The notes below the pieces were generated by a model. The model searched no databases. It was not told where the DNA came from and was given only the letters and a program-made list of their open reading frames with translations. Shown here piece by piece: positions 9,872 through 19,372 of a DNA stretch of 64,000 bases (positions within the stretch are counted from its first letter, which is position 1; each line of letters begins with the position of its first letter). The position numbers and the translations under genes were made by a program. Origin of the DNA: an uncultured Methanomicrobiales archaeon (lineage in GTDB: Archaea; Halobacteriota; Methanomicrobia; Methanomicrobiales; Methanospirillaceae); NCBI GenBank assembly GCA_963697895.1, contig OY969100.1, positions 608,001 through 672,000 of the forward strand, given 5' to 3'.

Positions 9872-10762
9872 TTATCTCCTTACCATCATATTTCTGAGCC
9901 TGATCCCGTTAACGAGCAGCATAAGCCCCACTAAAAAGGCGATAACGCCAACAACTACCGTGAGCGCTTTCAATATACCGATCGGATTGAAGATTATGAG
10001 GACCCCGAGCACCAGCGAAATGATCGCAATGATGAGCCTGCTGGGAAAGCCCTCAGGAATTGCCCCACGACCTTTTTTTGCCCGGCCAAGCAGAACGATG
10101 GCACTTGCAAACATCCATACCGCGAGTATCGCGAGGATTACCGCCATCCACAGGACCAGGGGCAGGTAAAATGCGATAATTCCGACAACAATGATCCCGA
10201 TTCCCCGGTAAAAGGTATTACCGGGAAGCACCCTGAAGGGATGAAACGCTATCCCGTTCCATGTGATGATGATCCCGAGGCCGAGAATTGCCAGGGGAAT
10301 CAGGAGCTGTACGATGCCTTTAAACGTAAGCAAGGGGTTTAAGACAATAAATATCCCGAAAAGCAGAAGCAGAACCCCGACGAGGACCTGTTCTTTCCAG
10401 GACTTTTTCTGACCATCCAGGATCTCCTCTTCTTCACCCGTTTTTTTCCGGGTACCTGCTATCAGGGTAACCACGGTATCCCCGATCATGAGGAGGAGGG
10501 GGGCATCGTTGACGAGATGAAGGTAGGGGTGGACCTTCGGGTCATGGTTATCGCGGTGGACATGCCATTCTGTCTTCTGTTCGTGGGCATGGTACTGTCC
10601 CTTTCGGTAACTGGCGATGGTTCCCGGTGTGGGAACGTTGATCGGGGATTTCACCCAACCGGTGTCCAGGGGCTCAGTAACCGATTCTTTCGGCACGATC
10701 ACCTCCCATACCCCCTCATGAAGCGGGCCGAGGAATTCGTCCAATGTAGTTACGATCTGCAC
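9872..10762 (-). CDS. Membrane protein with His-rich soluble N-domain and HdeD/DUF308-like 6-TM C-domain
   Basis: C-terminal repeated helices ending in F/LNP; N-terminal YHAHE..WHVHRD.HDP..HP.LH. Confidence 0.8.
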   Translation of the reverse strand: MQIVTTLDEFLGPLHEGVWEVIVPKESVTEPLDTGWVKSPINVPTPGTIASYRKGQYHAHEQKTEWHVHRDNHDPKVHPYLHLVNDAPLLLMIGDTVVTLIAGTRKKTGEEEEILDGQKKSWKEQVLVGVLLLLFGIFIVLNPLLTFKGIVQLLIPLAILGLGIIITWNGIAFHPFRVLPGNTFYRGIGIIVVGIIAFYLPLVLWMAVILAILAVWMFASAIVLLGRAKKGRGAIPEGFPSRLIIAIISLVLGVLIIFNPIGILKALTVVVGVIAFLVGLMLLVNGIRLRNMMVRR

Positions 10763-11012
10763 CTTCCTGTCGTTATTCAGTAAGAGATTGTCCCTGGATT
10801 AATACCTCATCCATGATCGGATCCTGGGGAGATTTCAGTAAACTCTATTTTCTTTATAATGTGGCGTTGTGAGATAATTTATCCCTGATGAGTTCAATCG
10901 GGAGTGAATGAAAGGATTAAGTGAAGAGATGAATGCGAAGAATGTGGTTTTGGTGCATGGGGCGAGGGCAGCATATATCGACCGAAAGCGTGGTGGGGGT
11001 TTAATGATCTTA

Positions 11013-11311
11013 GTAAGGTGCAGTCCCATGCCGTTTCAGGAAGTTACGGATCTCCGCGTCAATCTGCCCAAAAAGTCGCCCTGCCCATGCGATTCAGGGG
11101 CCGGATCTTTTATTGGATGGTTTCCGATATCCCAGATTTTGCCCAGGAGCTGGAGGGGCGCTGTTAAGCACCTTTTTTCCCGATAATTCTCGTTTTTTTC
11201 TGATAAAGAGTGGGTTATATCGATAATTTTGGACGCGGTGTTCAGGATTTATTTTGTAGCAGGATGACGATCCCGGTTTTATGGGGAAATACGCATAAAA
11301 TGGGGTTATTT
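11013..11311. repeat. Dispersed ~300-bp intergenic element, copy 2 of 5
   Basis: GGATCTTTTATTGGATGG / GATATCC / TGGAGGGGCGCTGTTAAGCACC / GGTTATATCGAT / GCGGTGTTCAGG / GAAATAC / GGGGTTATTT. Left end approximate. Confidence 0.9.
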
Positions 11312-11541
11312 TTGGACAAAGGGAGGGAGATTAACTGGGATCCAAGAAGAATTGTCCTTCTCATCACGATAAATGTGAATTAAGGAGATACATTATTCCC
11401 CATAAAATCTCCCCACGTGATGAATCCTACCAAAAATCCAATACCATGATCTGCCCGCCAGGGAGCAAGAAAATGAGTCGGGGACTATCGGATATATATG
11501 GCGGGCCTTAAAAAAATACACGGAAAATGATCGTTTGGCAC

Positions 11542-11934
11542 TCATCCCTCCTTTTTCATCGGTCCCCCATGGATCCGTACCAGATACATGCCGATTCCCA
11601 CCGGTATCAAGAATGTCAGGGCATAGTACACGAACACATCGGGGCCGTAATAGGTAGTCTGGAACAGGCGGACAATGAACAGGTAGTCGAGCACAACCGC
11701 GATCACAGTCCATGCCAGCCCGACTATTGCGTAATAGGTGAGGGGAAGGTTCCGTGCCCGAAACCACCACCAGGTAATCGCAATCGTGAATGGAGTGAAG
11801 ACGGCAGTGATGATCCAGCCCATGTTGCTCGCAAAAGGCGATAAGAACAGAAGAATCGATGCAAGGTACCCGAACGCCCAGAACAAAATGCCAAGCCCCA
11901 CTGTGTCTTTGATCCACTCCTTCATGCGAAACAT
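11542..11934 (-). CDS. Small 4-TM membrane protein
   Basis: 130 aa, four hydrophobic helices. Confidence 0.8.
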   Translation of the reverse strand: MFRMKEWIKDTVGLGILFWAFGYLASILLFLSPFASNMGWIITAVFTPFTIAITWWWFRARNLPLTYYAIVGLAWTVIAVVLDYLFIVRLFQTTYYGPDVFVYYALTFLIPVGIGMYLVRIHGGPMKKEG

Positions 11935-12226
11935 CTTCGCCGTTTACCCTGTTATGATTTATGGAGAGGGATCAGAGGATGTCCTCATGACCTGTTTTCA
12001 AAATAAAGAACACTTGCATTATTCCCGCGATCTTTGTAAATCTCACCCATGAATCGGGCTTTGATTATTTTTTTCGATCTATCCTGATGGCGTCTGAACA
12101 TTATAAAAAAAAAGATTGCATCCTTTTTCTCAGGAGTCACCTGTTCGCATCGCGATCCTTGCTTCCGGATCAGGAGACTGACCGCCGGGTCTGTCCCCAC
12201 GCTGAACGGATTTCTCCGGCATGGGT

Positions 12227-13435
12227 TTACTCGTGCCGTAAGGCATCGATGGGGTTTAAGTTTGCCGCCTGCCATGCCGGGTATATCCCGCAGGCGAGAC
12301 AGATGAGGATCCCGAAGACAATCCCTTCCACAACCGGGAGCATACTTGAAACGGTGAACAGGAACCTGGTCGTGTCGAGCAGCAGGGCACTGATGGCATA
12401 TCCTGCAAGGATGCTTAAGCCTCCCCCGATTATGCCCCCGACGACCCCGATGATTGCGGCTTCGTAGATGAACATGCTCATCACTCCCTTCTTCCGGGTG
12501 CCGATGCTCCGCATGATGCCGATCTCCTTGATCCGTTCATTTACCGACATCATCATGACATTGAAGATTGATACCCCGGCGACAAGCATCGAGATTCCCC
12601 CGATAGCGGTCACAAATGTCGTGATGGTGCCGAACGTTTCATAGATGGTTGCGAGTGTCGCCTTGCTGTCGGTGACGGTCACCGTTTTTTCCCGGGGATT
12701 TCGGTTGAGCTGTTCCTCGATGGCCGTTTTTACATCGGCCGTATCGCCGGTTTTAACTTTCACCACTACTTCGTCAAACGCGTTGTTCCGGTCGTAGGTG
12801 GTCTCGAACCAGTTCTCGGTCACGACAACGGCATTATCGGTACTGACATCGAAACTCATCCCCCGCTCCTCGATGATACCGGTAACCCGGAGGGTACCTT
12901 TTTCGCCATTGATGCCGATCGAAATCCGCGATCCAACCTTGATATTATGATCGCTGGCAAAGGTGGATCCCACCAGGCAGCCGGATTCCCCGTTGTTGTA
13001 GTCCCCGGCCGAAAGTTTCAGCAGGTCGGGAACATTCTCCGGAGGAAGACCATAGATCACCGCCACGATGTCGTCGCCGTTGACCCCCACTTTCATATGT
13101 TCCGCAGTCTGGAGCACGGGGATGGCGACATTGGGGGAAACAATCCGTTGGATCTCCTGGTAGTCCTGATCGGAGAGTTTCATGGATGTGACGCCCCCGG
13201 AGCCTCCGCCGGGCGGTCCCATGCCGCCGGACCCGCTCCCGCTGTAGGGCGTGACGATCACGCTGTCCCCGACTGAAGAGAGGCTGTCTGAAACCGTCAA
13301 TACCACGCTGTTTCCAAGGATTCCCATCGACGCGATCGCGACGACACCGATCACGATACCGAGCATCGCAAGCGACGAGCGTAACATATGAAGGCGGATA
13401 TTCCGTTTCGAGATCTCCCAGAATATCGTGCTCAT
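12227..13435 (-). CDS. ABC transporter permease (MacB/FtsX family)
   Basis: RSSLAMLGIVIGV, NVMMMSVNERIKEIGIMRSIG, YPAWQAANLNPIDALRHE. Confidence 0.93.
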   Translation of the reverse strand: MSTIFWEISKRNIRLHMLRSSLAMLGIVIGVVAIASMGILGNSVVLTVSDSLSSVGDSVIVTPYSGSGSGGMGPPGGGSGGVTSMKLSDQDYQEIQRIVSPNVAIPVLQTAEHMKVGVNGDDIVAVIYGLPPENVPDLLKLSAGDYNNGESGCLVGSTFASDHNIKVGSRISIGINGEKGTLRVTGIIEERGMSFDVSTDNAVVVTENWFETTYDRNNAFDEVVVKVKTGDTADVKTAIEEQLNRNPREKTVTVTDSKATLATIYETFGTITTFVTAIGGISMLVAGVSIFNVMMMSVNERIKEIGIMRSIGTRKKGVMSMFIYEAAIIGVVGGIIGGGLSILAGYAISALLLDTTRFLFTVSSMLPVVEGIVFGILICLACGIYPAWQAANLNPIDALRHE

Positions 13436-14103
13436 GACGCAATTCTCCCATCCACGATCCGGATGATCCGGTCGGTATATTCGGCGACCTCCGGATCGTG
13501 CGTGACGATGATGATCGTCGAGCCTTTTTTATTCAGGTCGGTCATGAGCTGCATGATACTCTTCCCGGTTTTGGAATCGAGGTTTCCTGTCGGTTCGTCA
13601 CAGAGCAGGATGTCGGGACTGTTGATGAGTGCCCGTGCAATCGCGACGCGCTGCTGCTGCCCGCCGGAAAGCTCGAGGGACGTATGGGTATAGAGCTGTT
13701 CTTCCAGCTGGACCGCCCTTAGCACTTCCTTCGCCTTTTTGGGATCTACGACCGTTCCGGATTTCAGCATCAGGGGAAAATTTACATTTTCAATCACGTT
13801 CAAGAGCGGAAACAGGTTGAAATACTGGAATACAAACCCGATCCGGTCTCTCCGGAGATCGGCGAGCTGGTCGTCGGACAGGTCGCGGATCCTGCTCCCG
13901 CTGATGAAAATCTCACCGGAGGTCGGGATGTCAAGGCACCCCATAAGGTTTAACAGGGTGGACTTCCCGGAACCGGATGGGCCCATGATTGCGATGAACT
14001 CGCCCCGCTCAACCTCAAACGAGATCTGATCCAGTGCGATCACATCTCCTGACCGGAGCGGGTAGATCTTCGCGACATCGGAGAACTGGATGACCGGTTG
14101 CAT
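13432..14103 (-). CDS. ABC transporter ATP-binding protein (LolD/SalX type)
   Basis: GPSGSGKST, LSGGQQQRVAIARAL, DEPTGNLD, VTHD. Confidence 0.95.
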   Translation of the reverse strand: MQPVIQFSDVAKIYPLRSGDVIALDQISFEVERGEFIAIMGPSGSGKSTLLNLMGCLDIPTSGEIFISGSRIRDLSDDQLADLRRDRIGFVFQYFNLFPLLNVIENVNFPLMLKSGTVVDPKKAKEVLRAVQLEEQLYTHTSLELSGGQQQRVAIARALINSPDILLCDEPTGNLDSKTGKSIMQLMTDLNKKGSTIIIVTHDPEVAEYTDRIIRIVDGRIAS

Positions 14104-14114
14104 ACTACCCTCCC

Positions 14115-15371
14115 TTACCGGTTCTTCCGTTTCTTCACGTACAGGTACCCGCCGCCTGCAAGGGCAGTGATGATGACAATGCCGCCGATCACCGGCAGAA
14201 TGCCCAGCTGTGCAGTATCCTGCGTTGCAGTGCTCGCTCCGGCGAGGCTTACCGGTTGCTGGGATGTGATCACGTTCCCATCTTTGTCCTTGTAGGAGAG
14301 CTGGAGGGGTACACTTGTGGTACCGTTATCTGTGGAAAATGTTACCTCGAAGCTGCCAAAGTCATCCGGTTTGAGCGCACCGATGATGTAACTCCGGAAC
14401 GGGTCCAGTGGAACCGCCGGAGAAAGGGAGGTGACCGAGACACCATTTGCGGTTACCAGGCCGGCATTCGTGATATCACCGGTAACGTGGTATATCCCGT
14501 TCTCTGTGGTGACTTTGATATTGGTGATCACCAGGTTCGCTTCCTTTTTATCGACCACGAACGTGACCGGCAGGGAGGTGCTCACGGTATGGACATTGTC
14601 TCCGTTATTGTAATTCACCTTCAGCGTCAGAGTCGTCGGTTGATCCGGAATAACCGTAAAGTTCACCGTAGTACTTTCGCCGGGTGCAAGTTTGCCGATA
14701 AAGTTCTTTACCGGCATGATGGTTGCATCGGTGCCGGAGACCTCAAGAATCACATTGTTCACCTCGTTCGTGCGGGGATTGGCAATCTGGACAGAGATGG
14801 TATCTTTGCTTCCCGGTGAAAATGTGTCCGGCTGGCCGGTTACGGTCAGCATAAGGGGAGTGTTGTCCACGTGAACATCCGCCTGCTGCCAGAGACTCAA
14901 TGTCCCGAAATTGGACAGGGAAAATGTCGGGTAGTATACCCCGTCTATGCCGTTCGCAATCACCGAAAAGGTATACGAACGTGTCTGCAGCGGCCCGATA
15001 ACAGAGGAAGCATCATATGTACCGCTGGTACGCTGGATGTTGTTGTCGCCGAATGATGCATGGTTGACCGATACCGTCTGATTATTATTCCCGTTCGTGA
15101 CGCAGGCGGTAACGGTACCCTTGTCACCGGTGAAAAAGACTGCAGGATTATAGGTAATACTGGAGACGTAGACATTCATCCCGGCAGGAGTAGCGGTCAC
15201 TGTTTCCGCGTACACTGACGTGACACAGAGGCTGATACCGAGGAGGAGAGCGAGGACCAGGATTAACCTTTGGACGTTCTTTCTGGTTCCCGGGGTAATC
15301 GGATCTCCTCGTTTTGTTTTCCGATTGACCGGTTTATTCTCTGTACCGGTCACGATTTCTCGTAGTTGCAT
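14115..15371 (-). CDS. COG1361-type S-layer/Ig-like domain protein with C-terminal membrane anchor
   Basis: Signal/TM segment, Thr/Val-rich Ig-like repeats (IGKLAPGES, IGALKPDDFGSFEVTF), C-terminal TM plus basic tail. Start set to the ATG at 15371. Confidence 0.85.
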   Translation of the reverse strand: MQLREIVTGTENKPVNRKTKRGDPITPGTRKNVQRLILVLALLLGISLCVTSVYAETVTATPAGMNVYVSSITYNPAVFFTGDKGTVTACVTNGNNNQTVSVNHASFGDNNIQRTSGTYDASSVIGPLQTRSYTFSVIANGIDGVYYPTFSLSNFGTLSLWQQADVHVDNTPLMLTVTGQPDTFSPGSKDTISVQIANPRTNEVNNVILEVSGTDATIMPVKNFIGKLAPGESTTVNFTVIPDQPTTLTLKVNYNNGDNVHTVSTSLPVTFVVDKKEANLVITNIKVTTENGIYHVTGDITNAGLVTANGVSVTSLSPAVPLDPFRSYIIGALKPDDFGSFEVTFSTDNGTTSVPLQLSYKDKDGNVITSQQPVSLAGASTATQDTAQLGILPVIGGIVIITALAGGGYLYVKKRKNR

Positions 15372-15392
15372 CCTGTTCTTTCTCCGGATTTT

Positions 15393-15414
15393 TGTTGTAA
15401 AAATATTTACAACA
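15393..15414. promoter_or_regulatory. Palindromic operator (probable TrmB-family site) A
   Basis: Perfect inverted repeat TGTTGTAAA-AATA-TTTACAACA in the divergent promoter region. Confidence 0.65.
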
Positions 15415-15462
15415 GATATCCCAAACCTATTCGATACGTGAACAATTAAATATATTTGTTGA

Positions 15463-15484
15463 GGTAGTAAATATTTTAACAACT
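15463..15484. promoter_or_regulatory. Palindromic operator B upstream of trmB-like gene
   Basis: GGTAGTAAA-TATT-TTAACAACT matches site A. Confidence 0.55.
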
Positions 15485-15501
15485 GAAATAGATAATTAAT
15501 T

Positions 15502-16326
15502 ATGCAACATATTCCCGGAGCACTCATCGTCTCTCTTACCGATCTGGGATTATCGAATTACGAGGCACGCACGTACGCCGCCCTCGTCCTTTTCGACGCA
15601 ACAGAGGTAAAAGAACTGGTTGATTTTCTCGGGATCTCCAAACCCAGCGTCTATGAAAGTCTTGACAGGCTTACGGAAATGGGCCTTGCGGTAAAGAGAA
15701 ATTCAAAACCCGCAATGTACAGCCCGATACAGCCGGAAATAGCGATTAAAATCCTGATGGAACGCCACACGAACTCCGCGGAGATCGCCCGAAGCGAACT
15801 CAGCAAACTGGAGCAGGAAAAGATTCACACGGATCGTTCCGATGCAGTCTGGACCGTATACGGGGATTCAAATATCAATCATAAAATACAGTCCATGATC
15901 CGCAATGCCCGGCATAGTATTGAATGCACCATGGCTGAGCGATACCTGCCGTTGCTGGAAGGGGTCAGGCTCAAAAAGATCGACCTGAAGCTGACTGTCC
16001 TTTCGGAAGACCCTGATCTGATCGATACGCTGAAACAACAGTTCCCTGGCAAGAACCGGGTTATTACCGTTCGTTCTATAAAAACAATCCTGGAACACCT
16101 CCCCCGCTATCCCGGGATCGGCGATATCGGGAATTTCATCAAACTGGAAAATATCCTGGAACTGATCGTCGACGATGAAGAACTTCTCTCCATACCCCCG
16201 ATTCCTTCCATCCATATGATGGGCATGAACACCTCGAATAAAGCGCTGATCCTGCATTCACAAGCGATGAGCAGAGGGTTCTGGGCGATGACATTACAGT
16301 CGGGGGACCCTGACAAACAGAAATAA
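15502..16326 (+). CDS. TrmB family transcriptional regulator
   Basis: LGLSNYEARTYAAL, wHTH ISKPSVYESLDRLTEMGL, VWTVYG, C-terminal effector domain LIVDDEE. Confidence 0.92.
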   Translation: MQHIPGALIVSLTDLGLSNYEARTYAALVLFDATEVKELVDFLGISKPSVYESLDRLTEMGLAVKRNSKPAMYSPIQPEIAIKILMERHTNSAEIARSELSKLEQEKIHTDRSDAVWTVYGDSNINHKIQSMIRNARHSIECTMAERYLPLLEGVRLKKIDLKLTVLSEDPDLIDTLKQQFPGKNRVITVRSIKTILEHLPRYPGIGDIGNFIKLENILELIVDDEELLSIPPIPSIHMMGMNTSNKALILHSQAMSRGFWAMTLQSGDPDKQK

Positions 16327-16505
16327 GATCCGCACCGGACCAGGCCGCTGCGATGCAGCTGAGGGATCATTGCCGGTTTCCATTTTTTTCTGGCAATTGT
16401 TGCAGTCCATCCGCATCTGCTCCGATGAATATATCCGACTGGCACAGTATCCCCGATGCCAATTATGATCGGGATATCACCGCATTTTTGGGAGAGAACC
16501 CCAAA

Positions 16506-16802
16506 GAAGATCCTTCTCCATCCTGTGTCAGGAAACCTCGTATATTACCGAATTCGGCCCAAAAAGAAGCCCCGGCCCTGATGTTTGGGGGGCGGATCTT
16601 TTCCGGGATGGTTGCTGATATCCATCATTTTACCCGTGTGCCGGAGAGGCGCTGTTAAGCACCCTTTTAATGCGTAATTCTCACTCTTATTTTCGAAAGA
16701 GCAGATTATATCGATAATTTCAGAGGCGGTGTTCAGGATTTAGTTCGGAGGGGAATGGCGATGCCTGTTTCATGGAGAAATATGCTCAAACAGGGATTAT
16801 CT
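16506..16802. repeat. Dispersed ~300-bp intergenic element, copy 3 of 5
   Basis: GAAGATCC / GGATCTTTT / GATATCC / GGAGAGGCGCTGTTAAGCACC / GATTATATCGAT / GCGGTGTTCAGG / GAAATAT / GGGATTAT. Confidence 0.9.
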
Positions 16803-16843
16803 GGGGATGTTTAAAAGTACAGAAAGGAAAAAAAGAGATCGAT

Positions 16844-17050
16844 TCAGGCGGACTTTGCCGCGAGCTCGACATCCTCTTCCTTGATCGTCTTTCGTCCTGC
16901 ATGCATTGCAAGTTTATTGGCCCCTTTGGCCAGGTTTGCAATGTAGTCTTCTGCTTTCGATACCAGTGCAACAGCCGCTTCGCTTCCGACGCGTTCTGCA
17001 CCACTTTTCTTTGCAATTCGTACAACTGCAGCAATAGGTAATTCTGCCAC
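16844..17050 (-). CDS. Archaeal histone (HMf-like), copy 2
   Basis: 68 aa, 55/68 identical to copy 1 by manual comparison. Confidence 0.95.
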   Translation of the reverse strand: MAELPIAAVVRIAKKSGAERVGSEAAVALVSKAEDYIANLAKGANKLAMHAGRKTIKEEDVELAAKSA

Positions 17051-17083
17051 CTTGATTACCTCAACAAATAGTTATTTAAAGAG

Positions 17084-17102
17084 TATTTATAACTTCCTGT
17101 CA
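17084..17102 (-). promoter_or_regulatory. BRE/TATA promoter of histone copy 2
   Basis: Minus strand TGACAGGAAGTTATAAATA, homologous to 2961-2979. Confidence 0.65.
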
Positions 17103-17612
17103 AAAACGCGTTGGATCCGGCCGAAACACGAGTGATTTGCACCTATACCGGAATGCTGCCTGTTCGATTGAATTATTTTATTTTCATACACTCAGCAACG
17201 AGGGAGGATAGAAAGCCTGTATTATGCGGTTTTTCGCATTGTATCGGTTGACTTCCCGGACCGGGCAGAGAGACGAGACCCGGGAACATCCTGAACTGAT
17301 ACATGCACAACAGGCAGATTCGTTCATTGTCACCCACTCGCTGCAGCCTTCCGGGATTGGGAATACTCGCTGCCTGAACCAGTAAATAGTCCGCCTCCCG
17401 CGACAGAGTCGTTACCCCCTATAAATACGTGATGAAACGAATTCCCGGAAGGTCGGAATCGGTATTAAACCAGGATTTTATCCGGCCGAAGAAGAACCAC
17501 CATGACATCACATACCATCCTGTTCCACTCTCGAAGAACAATCAAGGGTTAAACGAGAACAGTATTAAGATCATCACGTGTATGGTTTCACAACAGAGAG
17601 CGAACGGGTGAC

Positions 17613-19148
17613 ATGATGCGGGCGGATTTCTGGTTCATTTTATGCATTTTCGTAACGATTTTTACCCTCGCATGCGGGTGTCTTTCGACCAACCAGGAAA
17701 TAATAGCAGAACAGGTCGGGGTTACACCGGCACCGTTAACAGACGCAGGGCTGCAGATCATTACCGAAGAGTTCCCCCCATTCAGCTATGCAGATGCGAA
17801 CGGGCAGGCAGCCGGGCAGGCGACCGACGTTGTCAACGGGATCCTTACCCGTCTGAACCAGTCGGCTGAAATCGGGATCCTCCCCTGGAGCGAGGGGTAC
17901 AGCCGTGCGCTTGCCGGGCCGGACGTGGTACTCTATTCGACCGCCCGAACGGATGAGCGGGAGCACCTCTTCAAATGGGTCGGATCCATCGCATCCTTTG
18001 ATTACATGCTCTACGCAAAAAACGGGTCCGCTCCGCAGATCAACAGCCTGGAGGCAGCGAAAAAGGTCGGGAAGATCGGGGTCGTGAAAGATGACGCCCG
18101 TTATCAGTTCCTCCTGCAAAACCGGTTCGATAATATCGTTACCTGCGAAACGGATACGGAATGCCTCCGTGATCTCCTCGCGGGTAACACCGATCTCTGG
18201 CTGGGCAGTACGGCAAATGCGGCAACCATTGCAGAAAAAGCGGGGATCGATCCATCCTCGTTTACGGAAGTCTACCCGGTCAGAACCGTTCAGATGTATA
18301 TTGCATTCAGCAATGACACCCCCGATACTATCGTACAGAACTGGCAGGATGCCCTTGATGCAATGAAACGGGACGGGACATTTGATGCAATACGGCAGAA
18401 TTATGGCTTGAGTGCCAGTGCAGGAACGGAAGTACCTGCATCGGCGGGATCTGAAGCCGACCTCGCCCTGTCTGCCATGATTGCAGAAACCGACGGTCGG
18501 TTACAGTCGGTTCTCCGTACGTTCGAAGTGCTGGCCGGAACATCCGAGGTAAAATCCCGGGACTGGCAGAATATCAGACCGCTCCTTGCCATCTATGAAC
18601 AACATGAGCCGGATTCCCGGGTATGGTACGCGATGCCGAACGGTTCATATTACACGGTTGTCGACGGGTTGACAACGGGCAACCTCATGAGCAGATCCTA
18701 TTTCCCTGCCGTGCTTGCCGGCAATGAATCGGTCGGGACGGTCGTCGTGAGCCTCTCAACGGGCAGGAATGCCGCCGTTGTTGCCGTCCCGGTGAAGGAC
18801 CACCAGGATACGGTCACCGGGGTACTGGGAGCATCGGTTTACCTCGATACGCTGACGCAGACCCTCCGGGACGAAGTGCCGGACCCCTTTATCTTTTATG
18901 CGATCGATAAAGAAGGTAAATTCGCCATTCATTCAGATATGGGCCAGATATCCAGGGACATCGCAACGATCGATACCGGCTCATCCTATGGGCAGGCTCT
19001 CCAACAGATCCGTACGGAAGACCGTGGCGAAGTGACGTATGAGGATGCGGGGGTCCAATATCAAGCACGTTTCCGCACATCACCGCTGACCGGGTGGCGG
19101 TTTGTTGTTGCATGGCCGCAGGTCGGCAACGAAACGGGAGCGGGCTAG
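17613..19148 (+). CDS. Lipoprotein: family-3 solute-binding domain fused to Cache domain
   Basis: Signal plus ACGC lipobox. SBP motifs TEEFPPFS, LPWSEG, RTDEREHLFKWVG, YIAFS. Cache motifs SRSYF, VVSLSTG, VVAVPV, GVLGASV, TGWRFVV. Confidence 0.85.
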   Translation: MMRADFWFILCIFVTIFTLACGCLSTNQEIIAEQVGVTPAPLTDAGLQIITEEFPPFSYADANGQAAGQATDVVNGILTRLNQSAEIGILPWSEGYSRALAGPDVVLYSTARTDEREHLFKWVGSIASFDYMLYAKNGSAPQINSLEAAKKVGKIGVVKDDARYQFLLQNRFDNIVTCETDTECLRDLLAGNTDLWLGSTANAATIAEKAGIDPSSFTEVYPVRTVQMYIAFSNDTPDTIVQNWQDALDAMKRDGTFDAIRQNYGLSASAGTEVPASAGSEADLALSAMIAETDGRLQSVLRTFEVLAGTSEVKSRDWQNIRPLLAIYEQHEPDSRVWYAMPNGSYYTVVDGLTTGNLMSRSYFPAVLAGNESVGTVVVSLSTGRNAAVVAVPVKDHQDTVTGVLGASVYLDTLTQTLRDEVPDPFIFYAIDKEGKFAIHSDMGQISRDIATIDTGSSYGQALQQIRTEDRGEVTYEDAGVQYQARFRTSPLTGWRFVVAWPQVGNETGAG

Positions 19149-19372
19149 CAGGGAAATTGATGGGAATAAGATCAAGCGGATGATCCAGGTGGGCGCGGGT
19201 TCCGTGCAAATGACGTAACGGGATAATCTGTTAACCCGTACACTATTCGGAAGTACATGCCCTCAGGGAGTGGAAGTAGCGACTCTTCCCATGAGTACAT
19301 TCTTTTTCAAGATTTTTTTCTCCGTGAGCGTTGGAAATTTTTTTCCCCATTGTGTTCAAGCTATAGTATCCG

